Shown: piece by piece, positions 13,005-26,003 of the stretch
Layout: the number at the start of each line of letters is the position of its first letter
How positions within the stretch are numbered: position 1 is the first letter of the stretch
Assembly: GCA_000165425.1 (NCBI GenBank)
Contig: CT868675.1
Location: forward strand, 124,001-188,000
DNA from: Paramecium tetraurelia
Lineage: Eukaryota
DNA length: 64,000 nt
Direction of reading: 5' to 3'
Translations under genes and position numbers: made by a program
The notes under the pieces: generated by a model
What the model saw: the letters and a program-made list of their open reading frames with translations, nothing else
What the model was told of the DNA's origin: nothing
Database searches by the model: none

Positions 13005-14645
13005 TCATTTATAATAAAAAAATAGTGGTAAACTTTGCTTGAATTACTTTCTCTAACTATATACATGAATCAAATCAAACTGATATGTCCATTTTGAAAA
13101 TCTCATCTGGATTTACTTCTCTATATTTTTCATATGGGTATTTTTCTTAAAATTATAATACCTTCCTAATTTCGGATTTTAAGTCCCTTAACTAGTACTA
13201 TAAATCATTACTCATATAAATTTTGATCCAATAGAGACCTCAATGTATCAAATATTAACTGAGGTTCAATTCTTTTTCCTTCTTGCAGCGGCAACACCAT
13301 CTGAGGTTGAATTTATTAATCATCTGGAGATATCTTTTATTTCAATTGCAGGAATGTTAATTCTTATTAGTTCAATATTTCCTTCATTTAAAAATATTCT
13401 TTTCTTATTTCCATCGTTTATTTCTAGTACATAGGATAAAAATTGATATCTTTAGCACATTATGATAAAATTCTCTAGATGGTAGTGATATCTTTTTTTA
13501 ATTTATAGGATGGGTGAATATCTGTAATAATACTATGGATAAATCCCATGCAGTAAAGAAGCTCCTAATATCCTAATTATTATAAGCATAGTATGAAAGT
13601 TATTGTATTAATGTCGTTCTAATTCTAATACTTTTTCCAAATTGAATTATAAAACTATTATTTTCTAAATTGAACTGTTTGTATTTTGAAAATTTCATAT
13701 TCTTCTAGATTTACTATGGGATGTAGAAAAAATTGATCAAATGAAATTCTTTCCTCTTCCTCATAAACAATCATCTTGTCCAATAGATCAGCTATTTCCT
13801 AAGCGCGATCGTATTTTGGAGGATTGCATTTGAACTTTTATGTTTATATAGCCTTTTAGAATAATCTGATGTTTTCTAGCTCATTGTCTTTACAAGATTA
13901 TTGTCGCTATTATTTTATTTAAGTATTTGGTAATTTTCCTTCAAAAAATACTTAATAGAATAATGTTCCGTATGAATAAATGTCGCATTTTCCTGAATAA
14001 CCTTTCCCTGAGTTATTGAAAGTTATTTAAGGAGAGGAATGAGTTGCGGTTCCAACGTTTGTGATTAAAGCATTAGGTTAGTGAAAGGCTTCCAAGATTT
14101 TGCTAAAATCAAAGTCGGTAATCTAATATTAATATATTGCATTTTACTTTATACACCTTCCTTTCATTAATTTACTTCTTATTTTCCACTTTCACCAGGA
14201 TATTAGAAGGTTTAATGTCTCTATGAACAATATTATGCTCATATAATATACGACATCCTTCTGCAATCTAATGAACAATATTTAAGCATTGGTCAAGATT
14301 ATACCATTACTTTTATCTCAGTAAACTTTGAAACTCTTTTTCTAAGTCCATATCACATCTTTCCATAATTATTTCGAATTGATGAGGCAAATTTAAATAA
14401 TTCTCGATACGTACAAGCCTTTCTGGTTTAAGATTTATTAATAACTTCTATATCGTCAATCCTTATTGTTGTTATTTCATTATGGCTTTATCTTTTTAGA
14501 CTAATTTTACGCATAATGAATCATCATCATCAGAACCATCTTTTCTTCGGCATTTATATACTTCTCCAAATGCCCCCATTCCTATTTTGTTGCTTTCACT
14601 ATATTTTATGATGTAGTTGTCTCTTATTTCTAATGTATCTGACAT
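13005..14645 (-). CDS. Ser/Thr protein kinase (divergent; DFD motif)
   Basis: IGMGAFGEVY, LCVK, HRDIKPSN, ITDFD, GTATHSSPQ, CDIYSYG; one intron before DFD. Confidence 0.85.
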
Positions 14646-14706
14646 TTCCTTTTGTGTATTATTTAAAAATATATATTAATTTTATTTATAATTTTTTGTA
14701 ATTAAA

Positions 14707-15658
14707 TCATTAGGTAAATCCATCAATATGCCATTTATTTCTTTCTTCATTTTGTGGATGAGTTCTAATAGGGATCTCCTTTCCATTAGCTTCATCTTAG
14801 ACAGCGAACAATAACTAATCAGGGTTGCTAGCAGATTTGATTGTCCATAGATTCTTACCTGCTTATTCAATTATCCATTGATTTCTTGTTTCATTAAATG
14901 AGTGAAATCTGACATCGAAATCTCCCCATTGATTGAATTTTTTATCATTAGCAGCAAAAAGCATTTGAAGTGGGTGTGAAGCAGATCTGATTATATACTT
15001 GTTCTCATGGACTAATTCCAAATAAAAGTTGGTGGCTAAATTCTTGGCACCGATGACCTTAGCTGCGAAATCAGATTTAAATTAGGGGTGAGAATCAGAG
15101 ATGGCCAAATAATTTTAGTTAACGTGAGCAGGTCTAAATTAGACAATCAGGTGTTGTTTTAGCTCACCATATGGATGCACAATATTTGGAATTGTAACAA
15201 TAAACCAAAGATTTTTTTCTTGATCTTTAATTGAATGGGTTCTAACATCGAATTCACCTTCATGTTGATTTGAAAAATCATCAGCAATGAAGAGGTATTA
15301 ATCAGGATTTGTCTCCGATCTAATTGTAAAACAACTCCATCCAGCATTTTCAATAATCCCAATTATTTCTTTGTTCATCAAATGCATGGGTTCGCACATC
15401 AAATTGGTCCTTGAATTTCCTTGTGTTATCATTTGAGCAAAATACAAAATGATTGGGATGAGTAAGCAATCGTATTTTGAAGACATTCTCACCAATTTTT
15501 TCTAATAAGAAATAGCAATGTTCTTAATTTTTATTAGTCACTCTAACATCGAAATCATTCTCTAATGCTCTCGATTTATTTATTGCTGCTGAAAGAAACC
15601 TTGTAGGTACAGAAAGAGGAACAAAAGAAACAATTAGATATCCTGAATTATTTGACAT
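14707..15658 (-). pseudogene. Tandem beta-trefoil-like repeat protein (about 6 repeats) interrupted by a +1 frameshift near 15358 (pseudogene or sequence error)
   Basis: Repeats of about 45-50 aa with the pattern FDVRxH...NxWxIE...FxIRS..xPDQxLF. The first and second halves align only if one extra G in TGG-G-ATT is removed. Confidence 0.7.
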
Positions 15659-16280
15659 TATTAATAAAAATAAATATTAATCAAATATAAATCCTTATTT
15701 GTTACGCTAATAAATAATATGGAATACACAAATCCAATCATTATTTAATTATAATCTCTAAATTTATAAAAGATTCCTAATTATTTCTCATTTTACAAGA
15801 TCTTAAGATTTTATGATTAAAAATAATATTTAGAAGTATAATCACTTAATTTAAAGATGTATCATTGAGATTATTATTATTATGGAGAGTATTAGAAATT
15901 AAATGAAGGAAGTCATTTGATATACTTTTAGAATATTCTAATAATGAAGAAAATTTACAGGAATTATTATTTTAAAGATATATATATAACTGTTAAATGA
16001 TAAACCAAAATTAATTTTTTTATGATCAATTGTATGATATAAATATTTATAACCAATTGATAATATCTTCTAGATAACTCAAAGTTAATATTAATAATTG
16101 TAATTACTAAAATTGATTTATTAACAACATTTATACTTATTTTATAGTTATAAATTTAAAACGAGTTTCAGAATGGGAAAGACATTAACCAATACAAGAA
16201 CTGTAGAATACTGAAGATAGAATACATGTTTAATATAATGTTAAAGGAATTTTGAGTAGTAAAATAGAAAATATTAACTG

Positions 16281-16956
16281 TCAAATTAAAACACCTTCAA
16301 ACCAATTTCCGACGATGATTTGATCTCCATAAAAGCGTCCTTTTCCATGAATCATACCGTTAATAAAATGGCCTTCAAATTTCTGACCATTTGTAAGTGT
16401 TAGGATGCCTTCGCCATGCATTTTATTTGATTTAAAATAGCCTTTGTAGTCATGCCATCCATCTTCAATGGTGTTTAAATCTTTGGGGTCAATTTTATGT
16501 TTGATAACACGTGGGGATTGATTGACCAAGATTCCAAATCCTTCATAGAGATTATTGAACCATTCTCCAGAATAGACCTCTTGATTTTCGGTGTTGAACA
16601 AGACTCCCATGCCATGTCTTTGCGAGGGTGGAATGCCTTAACCCCTATAAATGCAACCATCCTCGTACTTGAGATACAACTCTATAATAGTGGAGTGGAA
16701 ATACCCTCTAATCGCTGTTTGTAATGAGTATTACGAGTTCGTTGGCCCACTTCTAGGATGGCACTTGCCTTCATGATATCTTAATTGTATGGTATTTGTA
16801 TGGATTCTCTCATTTGTTTTATGGAAGTGGGGATGACCTAAAAATAAGAATTGGATATTGTACGGACATTCTGGGTGATACAATGTAGGGATTGCAACAT
16901 TGTTGTGGTTATTTAGGTTAAACATAATGAATACGAGAGTAGTAATTATAATACAT
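16281..16956 (-). CDS. MORN-repeat protein
   Basis: YSGEWFNNLYEGFG, YKGYFKSNKMHGEG, FEGHFINGMIHGKG. Two introns link these to MYYNYYSRIH at 16956. Confidence 0.85.
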
Positions 16957-17104
16957 TAAATAAAAATAAGAAGTATTTTAGAATGAGATGAAATTGATTG
17001 ATTAAAATTAAGAGAGAGATGGGAATTACAAAAGAGATCAGAAAAATAATTTAAGGATTTCTTTTGATGTAAATACTCTACAACTGAAAAGTGTATAGAA
17101 TAAT

Positions 17105-17734
17105 ATGAGTGAATATCCAAAACGAATATTGGGAAAGAGAGCCAAAACTCCAAATGTGATATTTTATCTGATTGAATTCGAGACTCCTACTCATAAAGTG
17201 AGGACTCAATGGATTGAAATGTACAAATTGGGCAATTACCTAGATTTGATCGAATAGTATGAAGCAAGAAACAATCAGAATTACTATATGGAATTATTGA
17301 AGGAGATCATTGAGGATGATGAGCAATATGAATAGATAAGAGAGTTGGATTCATTGAAAACCACAGAAGATTAGATATGCAGACAGACAACAACTGATTT
17401 TATGATTCCACAACGCGAAAATTAAGAATTCGTATATCATTTGAAGAAGGAAAGCAATGAGTAGGTAGAATTGAATAAGGAGTTGAAGAACATTACTAAA
17501 TCGTTTTAAAAGGGAGGGAGTAGAGTAGCATTCACTGAGGAGTAAATAATCAAAATAATCACTTATGCGAAGGATGAATTGGATAACAACAAGTATATAT
17601 TCTTGGTGGAATGGAAACCAAGAGAGAGTGGACAACCAGTAAGACCATCTTGGGTTGGATAAGAGAAGATGATGCAATATGCCCCATAATATTTGGCACG
17701 CTATGCAAATGAAAAGTGTTTTAAATTAGGTTGA
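17105..17734 (+). CDS. HP1-like protein: chromo-like domain, hinge, chromoshadow-like domain
   Basis: Intronless, 209 aa. N-terminal EYPKRILGKR...FYLIEF...QWIEMYKLGNYLDLIEQYE. C-terminal KYIFLVEWKPRESGQPVRPSWVGQEKMMQYAPQYLARY. Confidence 0.7.
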
Positions 17735-17779
17735 AGTATTAAATATATATTTAAATATAATTAATTTACCAATATACAT

Positions 17780-18352
17780 ATGTCTCGAGATCCTTAATTG
17801 GAATTATTGAATATAGAACCAACTCTCAGAGAATTCATTCAAATACCACTCACAAATAAGTTCTTTCGTTAAATAGATACAGATTTCATTGCAGAACCTT
17901 GGGATGTGCCCATAGGTCCTGCAAAAACAAGTCAATAAAAGAAAAGAATTATTACATTTAAGTAACCAATATCGCGATTATAACCACGTCAATCAACCAC
18001 TGAAACTCCGACTAACATTTCAAGGCCCAAAAGTTGTCATAATAAAAGTACCTTTGTAGAGTAGAGAATCCCTACTCCTCAACCCAACTATCCTAAAGCT
18101 TTTCAAAGGATCGTCATTTCCACATAACATAAATCATCTCGTAAGAATTCGACAAGTCAATATCGATAGAAATGTCTGAAGAGTTTACTACTCGCTCAGA
18201 AATAAAATAGTCAATAGAGCTATTGCGTACACACATCAGCTGATTATTTTAACTTCATTTCTTCAATCAACCCTGTTTCTCAAAAAAATAAAACAACCAC
18301 AGAACCTTTTTTAAAAAAATTCAAGCTTAAACTTAAAAATATGCTTAATTGA
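17780..18352 (+). CDS. Hypothetical protein (190 aa, likely disordered)
   Basis: MSRDPQLELLNIEP...KNMLN-TGA is open in code 6. Confidence 0.6.
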
Positions 18353-18365
18353 TTTAATTATGGTA

Positions 18366-19327
18366 TCATTATAATACTAGTTATTGCGTTATCTTATTAA
18401 CTATCGTTTTTGGATCATAGGTCAATACTTGGGTATAAAGTTTTTTATTCACTGTAGTGTTTCCTCTTATCTGAAATACTTTCAATGATGAAATATTAAA
18501 GTTCTATTTCTTTTATGTCATTAAATATCCAATTGCCACAACACTTGTTGTTGAATAACCATCCTATCATTAAAATATAATAATTACAGGACAACACAAT
18601 AATACAGGGCCATTTTACTTCTCTATTAGGTCAGTTAGTTGGTTAAAATCTATTAATTATTCTCCCTCTTCACTTATAGGATAATTGATATAATTATATT
18701 ATTCCTTTTTCCAAGCAGATAATTTTGCATCTGGTTCATATCTCTTAAAATCAATGATCGTCTTAATTTACAAAGCATCCAATTACTTTTTGCTATTCGC
18801 ATTTAAATTACTTCCTAGAAAGAGTTTGCTCTCCTCTAGTTATTAAGGGAATTGTGAATAAGAGAATAACACTTTCTATTAATCCTCGTTATTATCCAAA
18901 TTCTCATAATTTTATAACATAACTTTTGACAAAGTGTAAAAGGGGTATTTCCCTAAGAATGCTTCCACTGAAGTCTTCAAATAGTATACCTTATATTCAT
19001 TCATTTTCAGACTGTTAATTAGATTTTTGATCAATTCAGCATCTTATTCTATCTTGGTGTAATCGTCATTAATAATCACCATCCTACGAATAGGTTGAGT
19101 ATGGTATTTCTCTTCGTTTTTCTTCGCATTGGCGTCTAGTTTCTCAAGGTGAGATGCAATTGTTTGGACACTGTCCTAAATACAAAAACTTCCTCTTATT
19201 TGTTTTTCTTCAAACAACTCCAACTTTCTTAAATCGGCTATCACCAAATGTCGATTATCCTTTATACTTAATGAATATTTCATACATTCATCATATTATA
19301 AAGCTCCATCATTTAAATTGCCTTCAT
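18366..19327 (-). CDS. Rhodanese plus dual-specificity phosphatase-like protein (MK-STYX/STYXL1-like pseudophosphatase)
   Basis: MELYNMMN...IADLRK (rhodanese start), AFLGKYPF, FPQQLEESKLFLGS, and P-loop VLLCCPDGYSTT lacking the CX5R Arg. Confidence 0.75.
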
Positions 19328-19528
19328 ATTGGGATTAATTAAATTTTAATTTAAATAAATTTGTTTGTTAATCCATTTAACAAGAACTCATTTTATATTT
19401 GAATTTCTATTATTTTTAATATCATTAGCTGACCTATTCACAATTTTCTTTATAATTCTCTATTATTATGAACTCAGACTTATAAAATTAGAGTAGTTTA
19501 CTAAAATAAACAATAATATTAATAAATA

Positions 19529-20750
19529 ATGCAGGAATAAGAAATTGATCTTACAAAAATCAATCAGGGAAATGTGGATAGGATTATCCAGAAGATAGAA
19601 ACCAGCATTTAATAGCGAGTGGAAAAGTATGGCGATGATGATCAATAAGTATATAATTTGCATCTGAAACTTCTCTAGAAAATGAAATACGACAGAATTC
19701 TATGTAAATTGCTTAATTAACAGGCACTGATTGCACTCCAAGTGGAAAATTTTGAGGCTAGTTTAAAGTACCTCAAGAAGGCTGAACTTCTAACATCTTC
19801 GGTTCTAGAGCTTAAAGTTTCTATTTACTTATACAATAGGCACAAACCTACAGTAATCTAGCCTGTTATTATCGAAAAATTGGAAAGACAAGAACAGCCT
19901 TATCATATCTTTAGTAGGCTTTAGCCATAGAATTAAAGTAAGTAAATTTTGATTAATACTAAGAAACGATAAATCCGCGTAACTACCTGAACTCTATCTG
20001 AATTTATGTGCAGTTTTTTCATCTTTAGAAAGACATGAAGAGGCTACTTAAAATATCTATTTATCTATCATTATGTTGTAGCATGAGCTGCTCCTATAAT
20101 TCTTGAAGTCCAACTCACAAATAGATGGGGACTTAATGAAACATCAAAATTCTATTGACTTATCATTACATTAGATCAGTACTTAATAAAAAACTAGATA
20201 AACTGAATAGAATTCTCTTAATAAGGATTAATAAGAGAGGATGCAAATTTTAATTGTGGCTTATCATAATTTAGGTGTCGAAATGGAACACTTGAAGTAG
20301 AATGTGGAATCCAAGAAGATATTAAAATCCGCTTATTAATTATCACAATTCAGTCTGGCACAAAATCATCCACTCAGATAGACTTTGGGATCCATTGTTA
20401 AAAAACATTAAAGAGAAGATTCCAAAGACAATTTTCAACCTGTGGTCTTAAAACCAATCTTGCCAAAAGTGAGTCTAAGGATATAAGATCCCAGGTAAGT
20501 TTAAAAAAGTGGTTCTCCTCATTTTAAATCAAATAGCAAGCATTTCTCTTTGCCAAAAAATAAAAGCAACAAAGGATCAAAAGAAGATAGAAACTCTTCA
20601 AGCTTAACCTCTAGAATAGAAGGATCTAAATTTGTAAGGATCAGCGATTTAAATCAAGAGCCTATGGTTTATTTCGACAACAAAGAAGTCAATAACCTTA
20701 AAGAATTGTAGATATCTTTGGATATGATTAATTAAACTACAATGATGTGA
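19529..20750 (+). CDS. TPR-repeat protein
   Basis: ASLKYLKKAE, TYSNLACYYRKIGKTRTALSYLQQALAIE, YLNLCAVFSSLERHEEA, VAYHNLGVEMEHLK; short introns. Confidence 0.8.
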
Positions 20751-20807
20751 TTTGATATTTTTATACTCGATTACATAGCACGGATTCTCTCCTTTTACCT
20801 ATAATTT

Positions 20808-21501
20808 TCACAACCTACATGGCGATACGATGTCCACAACCGAAATATCATCTTCCAAACTGGTTATTTGATCAAATATATCTTCGATAATAATCTAGAA
20901 GCTTAAGATTATAAAGTACCTTGTCATCTTCAATGATCATTGACATAACAATCTTCTTGGCTCCAAATGGGATGTCTTTATAATCGACATTCTACCCCCA
21001 AACTAAACCATTTGGATTGATATTATCCTTGATCTTTTTGACTATCTATTCCAATTAGGCTTAATCGATGGTCTCAAATAACTTAAATTCAAAGATCACC
21101 ATTTTCTTAACAACAGGCTTTTATTGGTTATTCTGGGCCAAGGTTTTTGCTTTTCTTTACTCAGCCTTAACCTTTATTTCAGCATCAACATTATCATTCT
21201 CAAAGTGATTGATATCATCATTGCCAGCTTACTTTTATTACTTCTTTTTATGTGCATCCTTCTTCAGTTCTTACTTTTTTGGTGAAGCAGCCGAAATCCA
21301 TTAAGCTCTAGTAGCTGGAGCAAACAAATTGAGATTTAAATACCAAAAATAAATTTATGGAAATTATTTCTTGGGTGGCATACCATTCAAGGCAATGAAG
21401 AATTTGGCATCATCAGCTCCTGGGTGATCACCATTCAAATAATTATTAGCTGCAAGATGTTCATTAACATATGCAAGGTTATCGATTGAGAAATTAGCCA
21501 T
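20808..21501 (-). CDS. Translation elongation factor 1-beta/delta-like (EF1B), divergent
   Basis: N-terminal VNEHLAANNYLNGDHPGADD; GEF domain GLVWGQNVDYKDIPFGAKKIVMSMIIEDDK...VVDIVS. Confidence 0.8.
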
Positions 21502-21655
21502 TTAAAAAAGAATTTATTATCTTGCATTTAAATTGTATTTTATTGTCTGAACACCAAAATATTATTATATAAAAATTTATTTTTTGTTAATCTTTCATAG
21601 AATACATTAATAATTTAATTAATAAAGATAATAAGTTAATTGAATTCAAATGTTA

Positions 21656-24600
21656 TCATGAAAAGTAAGTTGTTAAAGTATTACATAGGTTATTAAAATC
21701 AAGCATCGATGATCTTAAGGTATCCAATGTGTTGCATTCCTTTTTATTTTGATCCTTGAGCAATTAAGACATATATTTAATTACTTAGTATAAATTCTCT
21801 TTTTCAATTCTTTTTATACTATTAAAATTACTTTTTAGTTTATTTAGATTTCATTTCATTTTATTGCTTCCTCTCTATGACTTCCCCAAGTTGATCATAA
21901 TTTTTATTTTGATTTTATAAACTTAAACTGGAATCTACTTATTTATCTAAAATACCCTGTTCAAAGGATTCATTGTAATCAATCTAGCAATTAATTTCGT
22001 TTGCTTCAAATTAAGATTCTTTTATTTTGAATTTTTGTTAATTTTAAATGCGGATTGAATTATTTTGAGAACGCGGTTGATCTACTCTTTTTTATTCTTA
22101 ACTAAAGGAAAATGCTGGTTGTAATTTGTGATTGCAATCATCCAATTAACTTTGATTTTGCTACTCTTATTATTCGAAATTCTTTAGCTAAAATTCAATC
22201 TCTGAATCACTAAATTCCTCACACTCTGTAATGTACTAATCTTGTTATCTAGAATCAATTAGCAGGCTTTAAACTAATTACTGTATATTCTATTTATTGT
22301 AAGATTGTTCTCCATTTTCGAATATCTAATCATTGTCAGAACTATATAAATATAGAAAATGATTACATCTTTTAATGTGTGTTGTTTGTAATCAATATAT
22401 TTTGTTCAACTTAATTAACAAGTTCTTCTAATAAACTCTTTACTGTTGCTTAACAAATAGTCTATTCTTGTAAATCTCTTTACTGAATTTGATTTTATAA
22501 ATTTTCTATATAATCTTCAAGTTATTGAATTCTTATTTACATTTCAATCACAATTTATCCTTCATTTTATCCTGATACAGTTATAGATTTCTTTAATTCG
22601 ATATCAAAGTTTTATTCATTAGATTGCAATTAAGTATTTAGAAAATCGATTTTCAATGATTTGTTGTCAAATGATTGCATGCTACTCCTTTCTAATTTGG
22701 ATTGTAACTGCAAATCCTTGTTATTTATAACAACCTATTAGAGTTTCAATTGATACTCATCATTTTATTGTTTTAGTACTTATTTCTCATAATTATATTA
22801 TTAGAACTACTATTGTTAGATTTTTTGAAGATTATCAAACTATTCTTAGATTATCTGTATTTATTGCTTTAAACAAAAGTTTTCTTCTTGTAATTTATGA
22901 TAATTTTATGAGTTGACATCTAATATTTACTTATAATATAGTTCACTTAATTCTAATTTTTAAAGCAATTCATTTGATTTATTTTCTGATTGTTCTAATA
23001 AAAATGAGATTTCAAATTTCTCGCTTTCTAATTATTTAATTTATTCTAGTGAATGAAAATTATCAGATTCTCTTTATTAGTTTAATTTCAATATTTACTA
23101 ATTAAGTTAGTTGATGATTAAGTTTTATTTTGATTGCTTGTCTAGGTTTATTGTGGAATCAAATTTGAGTTATTTAATTTAGGATGTTAAGTCATCAATT
23201 TGTTATTTTTCGTGTTGCATATTTTCATTCTCTTTTCCTGAATGATGCATTTCAAATCTTTTAACTTCTTCCAATCTGTTAGCATATTATGAAGTAATTT
23301 ATTATAATTCAGATCTCCATTTTTAATTCTATTTTTCCCTACTCACCTAAATTAGAGGGCAATTCCTAAATGTGATTTCTTATAGTTGTTGATCTTTAGC
23401 TAATTCTTTAGATTGCTGTACTTAATTTCTTAGATTTACATTCTAGAATTGAAATAAGAAAATAATTACACTGGATTGAGCCTTTGATAGTTCAATATCT
23501 AATTTATTTAACTTTTGAGTTAAGATTAGATTCTCCTATTGTAGAAACTTCTCTCTACTCTTGGACTCCTCAAATTCAATCATGAATTAAGCCAATTACT
23601 TTTTCAATTATTCATTTTCTTGTTCTTACTCAACCATCACTTTATCAATTTCTTCTAGAAATCCTTTGTGTTGTTCCTCTACTTTCTCCAATTTAATTTT
23701 ATATTGATTTTCTGAATTACTCACCTAGTTATCTGAATGGTTTGCTCTTGACTTTTGTGTCTCTAATTTTGATATGATTTCATCTTTCATTTATAACTCT
23801 ACTTTTAGTTATTGTACAAGTTACTAATAGATATTTCAGAATCAAAATACTTCAAAGTCAACAGTCTAATTAATCTATATCGTATTCGTAATTTTCATTG
23901 CCCTCATTCCGAAAGTGAGACTTGAAAGAGTTTCTTCAACATGTTTCCCTGCTGGCCCAATATTTACAATTAAGGCAGTCTTACAATTACCTCCCAATGC
24001 TTCCTATAGAATTCTTGTTAGTTTGGAATCTCTAAATGGAATGAAGGAATTTTTGGGGCCAGTTAAAGCATGAATGCATTTTCCCAAAGCTGTTAGAGAA
24101 CAATTTATTGATCGAGCTTCATTCAATCTATCTCCTGAGGCTTTTGACTTCTTTATTCTTTCACTACCAGCCAAATCTACTAAATATAAAGTACCACCAT
24201 TGTTATTATTATTCAAATCTAACTATTCAAATGTAATATCTTATGAAAGATTAGTTTTTTATTTATGAGATTTCTAGAATATGGTAATTGATTTGGAATG
24301 CTACCTTTAAGATTGCTTTTCTAATTTAATAATTAAAATTGAGTGAGATCTTGAGGAGTGAGCATTGAGATTAGTAAAGGCAACAACCTTATTCTTCTCT
24401 GCTAAATTGATGATCTTCAAACACTCTTATGGGGAGGCAACCTTAAGCCATTCCAAACCGGATATAAATACTCCTTGATGGAGTGATTCTCTAATTTTGA
24501 CTTCAGAATTATCAGGCCTTATTAAATCTAACAACTATGTCATAGAGATATTGATGTATACCATTTCCATGTATATTTGCAAATATCCCATTTGTACATT

Positions 24601-25038
24601 ATAGGTATACTCATCATCAAGTGAGATGTCATGAAATATTTATTCAAATGTACGTGGAGTGATTCCCTTTTCTTCAGTATCAATTTTTCCCATGATAGTG
24701 TATGTCTTACCAGTTCCTGTTTGGCCATAACAAAATATGGTTCCATTATAACCTTTGATCACACTCTACAATTTCAATCGATTATAATACTGCAACGATG
24801 TTTCTGGCTACGTCATTGTAAACTTAACTTTGAGTAACTTTGGGATCGAATACAGCGTCAAAGTGAAATTGCCTTTTTTCAAAGTCCTTTTTAACTGATG
24901 GATGAATCATAAACAAATACTTATAATTGATTTTTTAGAAGTGTCAATGGAATCAACGCAAACAGATTTATCCTTGGTTAGCAATTCTTCATCTAGTAAA
25001 GGACGTAGACGGACTGCGACTTTAACTTTTTCATACAT
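21656..25038 (-). CDS. Kinesin motor protein (N-terminal motor, long coiled-coil tail)
   Basis: [18 protein letters not shown] (P-loop), [27 protein letters not shown]; Gln-rich coiled-coil C-terminus. Confidence 0.95.
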
Positions 25039-25099
25039 GGTTTTGTTTAAATTTAAAATAATGAACGGTTTAATAAATATATATAAATGTGAGATAATT

Positions 25100-25986
25100 T
25101 CAAGGTTTCTTTTTTGTAGCTTGTGAATCATCCAGAATCTGATTCAAAGTCTTACTAAAATGGGTATAATGAGTATGAGTACTTTTTTAATTACTGCAAA
25201 TGTTGATCCTATTGATTTTTAATGATCAATTTCTATATGTTAAACATCTTAATAAGTGCAGAGCTGTTTTGAGATTTGAGAATGGTGGAACTCTTGTCAT
25301 TAACCTTTTCCTAAGAGGCATTCATATTGATTTTTTCTCGACTGAGTAGTTAATATAAATGTCATACATGTTTTTCATCATGATATATGAATGTTGAGTG
25401 CCAGAACTTCGCTTGTCCCTGGTTTAATGACTATCACAATTTTGTATGACTGATGCACAGTTATCCTGTGAAGTGGCCTATTATCTATTGTACACCTGAT
25501 TGCCTAATATGTAGGACTTCTTGAATAAACTGGGACTCGATTCTCTGGTAGCATTCTATGAGGAGATCTTTCGTTCCTGGCTTTGAAGTAGGGTCTTATT
25601 CTTAATGGCTAGTAGAATGATAGGATACTTTGTCGAGTAATTCTTATTTTTCCCTCTCTAATTAATCGATCTTCTCTTGGAGACTGTCTGAATATAACTT
25701 CATTTACTGTTCTACCTAAATTGGTTAGAATTGCATAATTACTCTAACATGGTTTCGAATTTCAGCTTCAGCTTTCTGAACTGCCTACTCCAATTAATCA
25801 TACTCGACACTCTTTTGTTGTTGCACCAACTCAATTAGAATGGTCACTTGTTATCTCAATATTTTGATCAATTCATCCACATTGGGTTTGAGATCGAAAT
25901 CACTCTTGATTGCTAGTTGAATCTATAGGAATTAGGTGATCTTATACATCTTGTACAATCTTTAGTAATTAGTTATTAATGTTCAT
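25100..25986 (-). CDS. Coiled-coil hypothetical protein
   Basis: MNINNQLLKIVQD...EQAVQKAEAEIRNHVRVEQQMKLYSDSLQEKI; short introns; ends KKKP-TGA. Confidence 0.7.
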
Positions 25987-26003
25987 AATTTATTATTATC
26001 AAA

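Noticed and set aside
15660..16280. Long, very AT-rich spacer as a possible retained IES or gene relic
   Set aside because: TA boundaries are ubiquitous here, and no interrupted ORF or terminal inverted repeat could be identified without a germline/somatic comparison.
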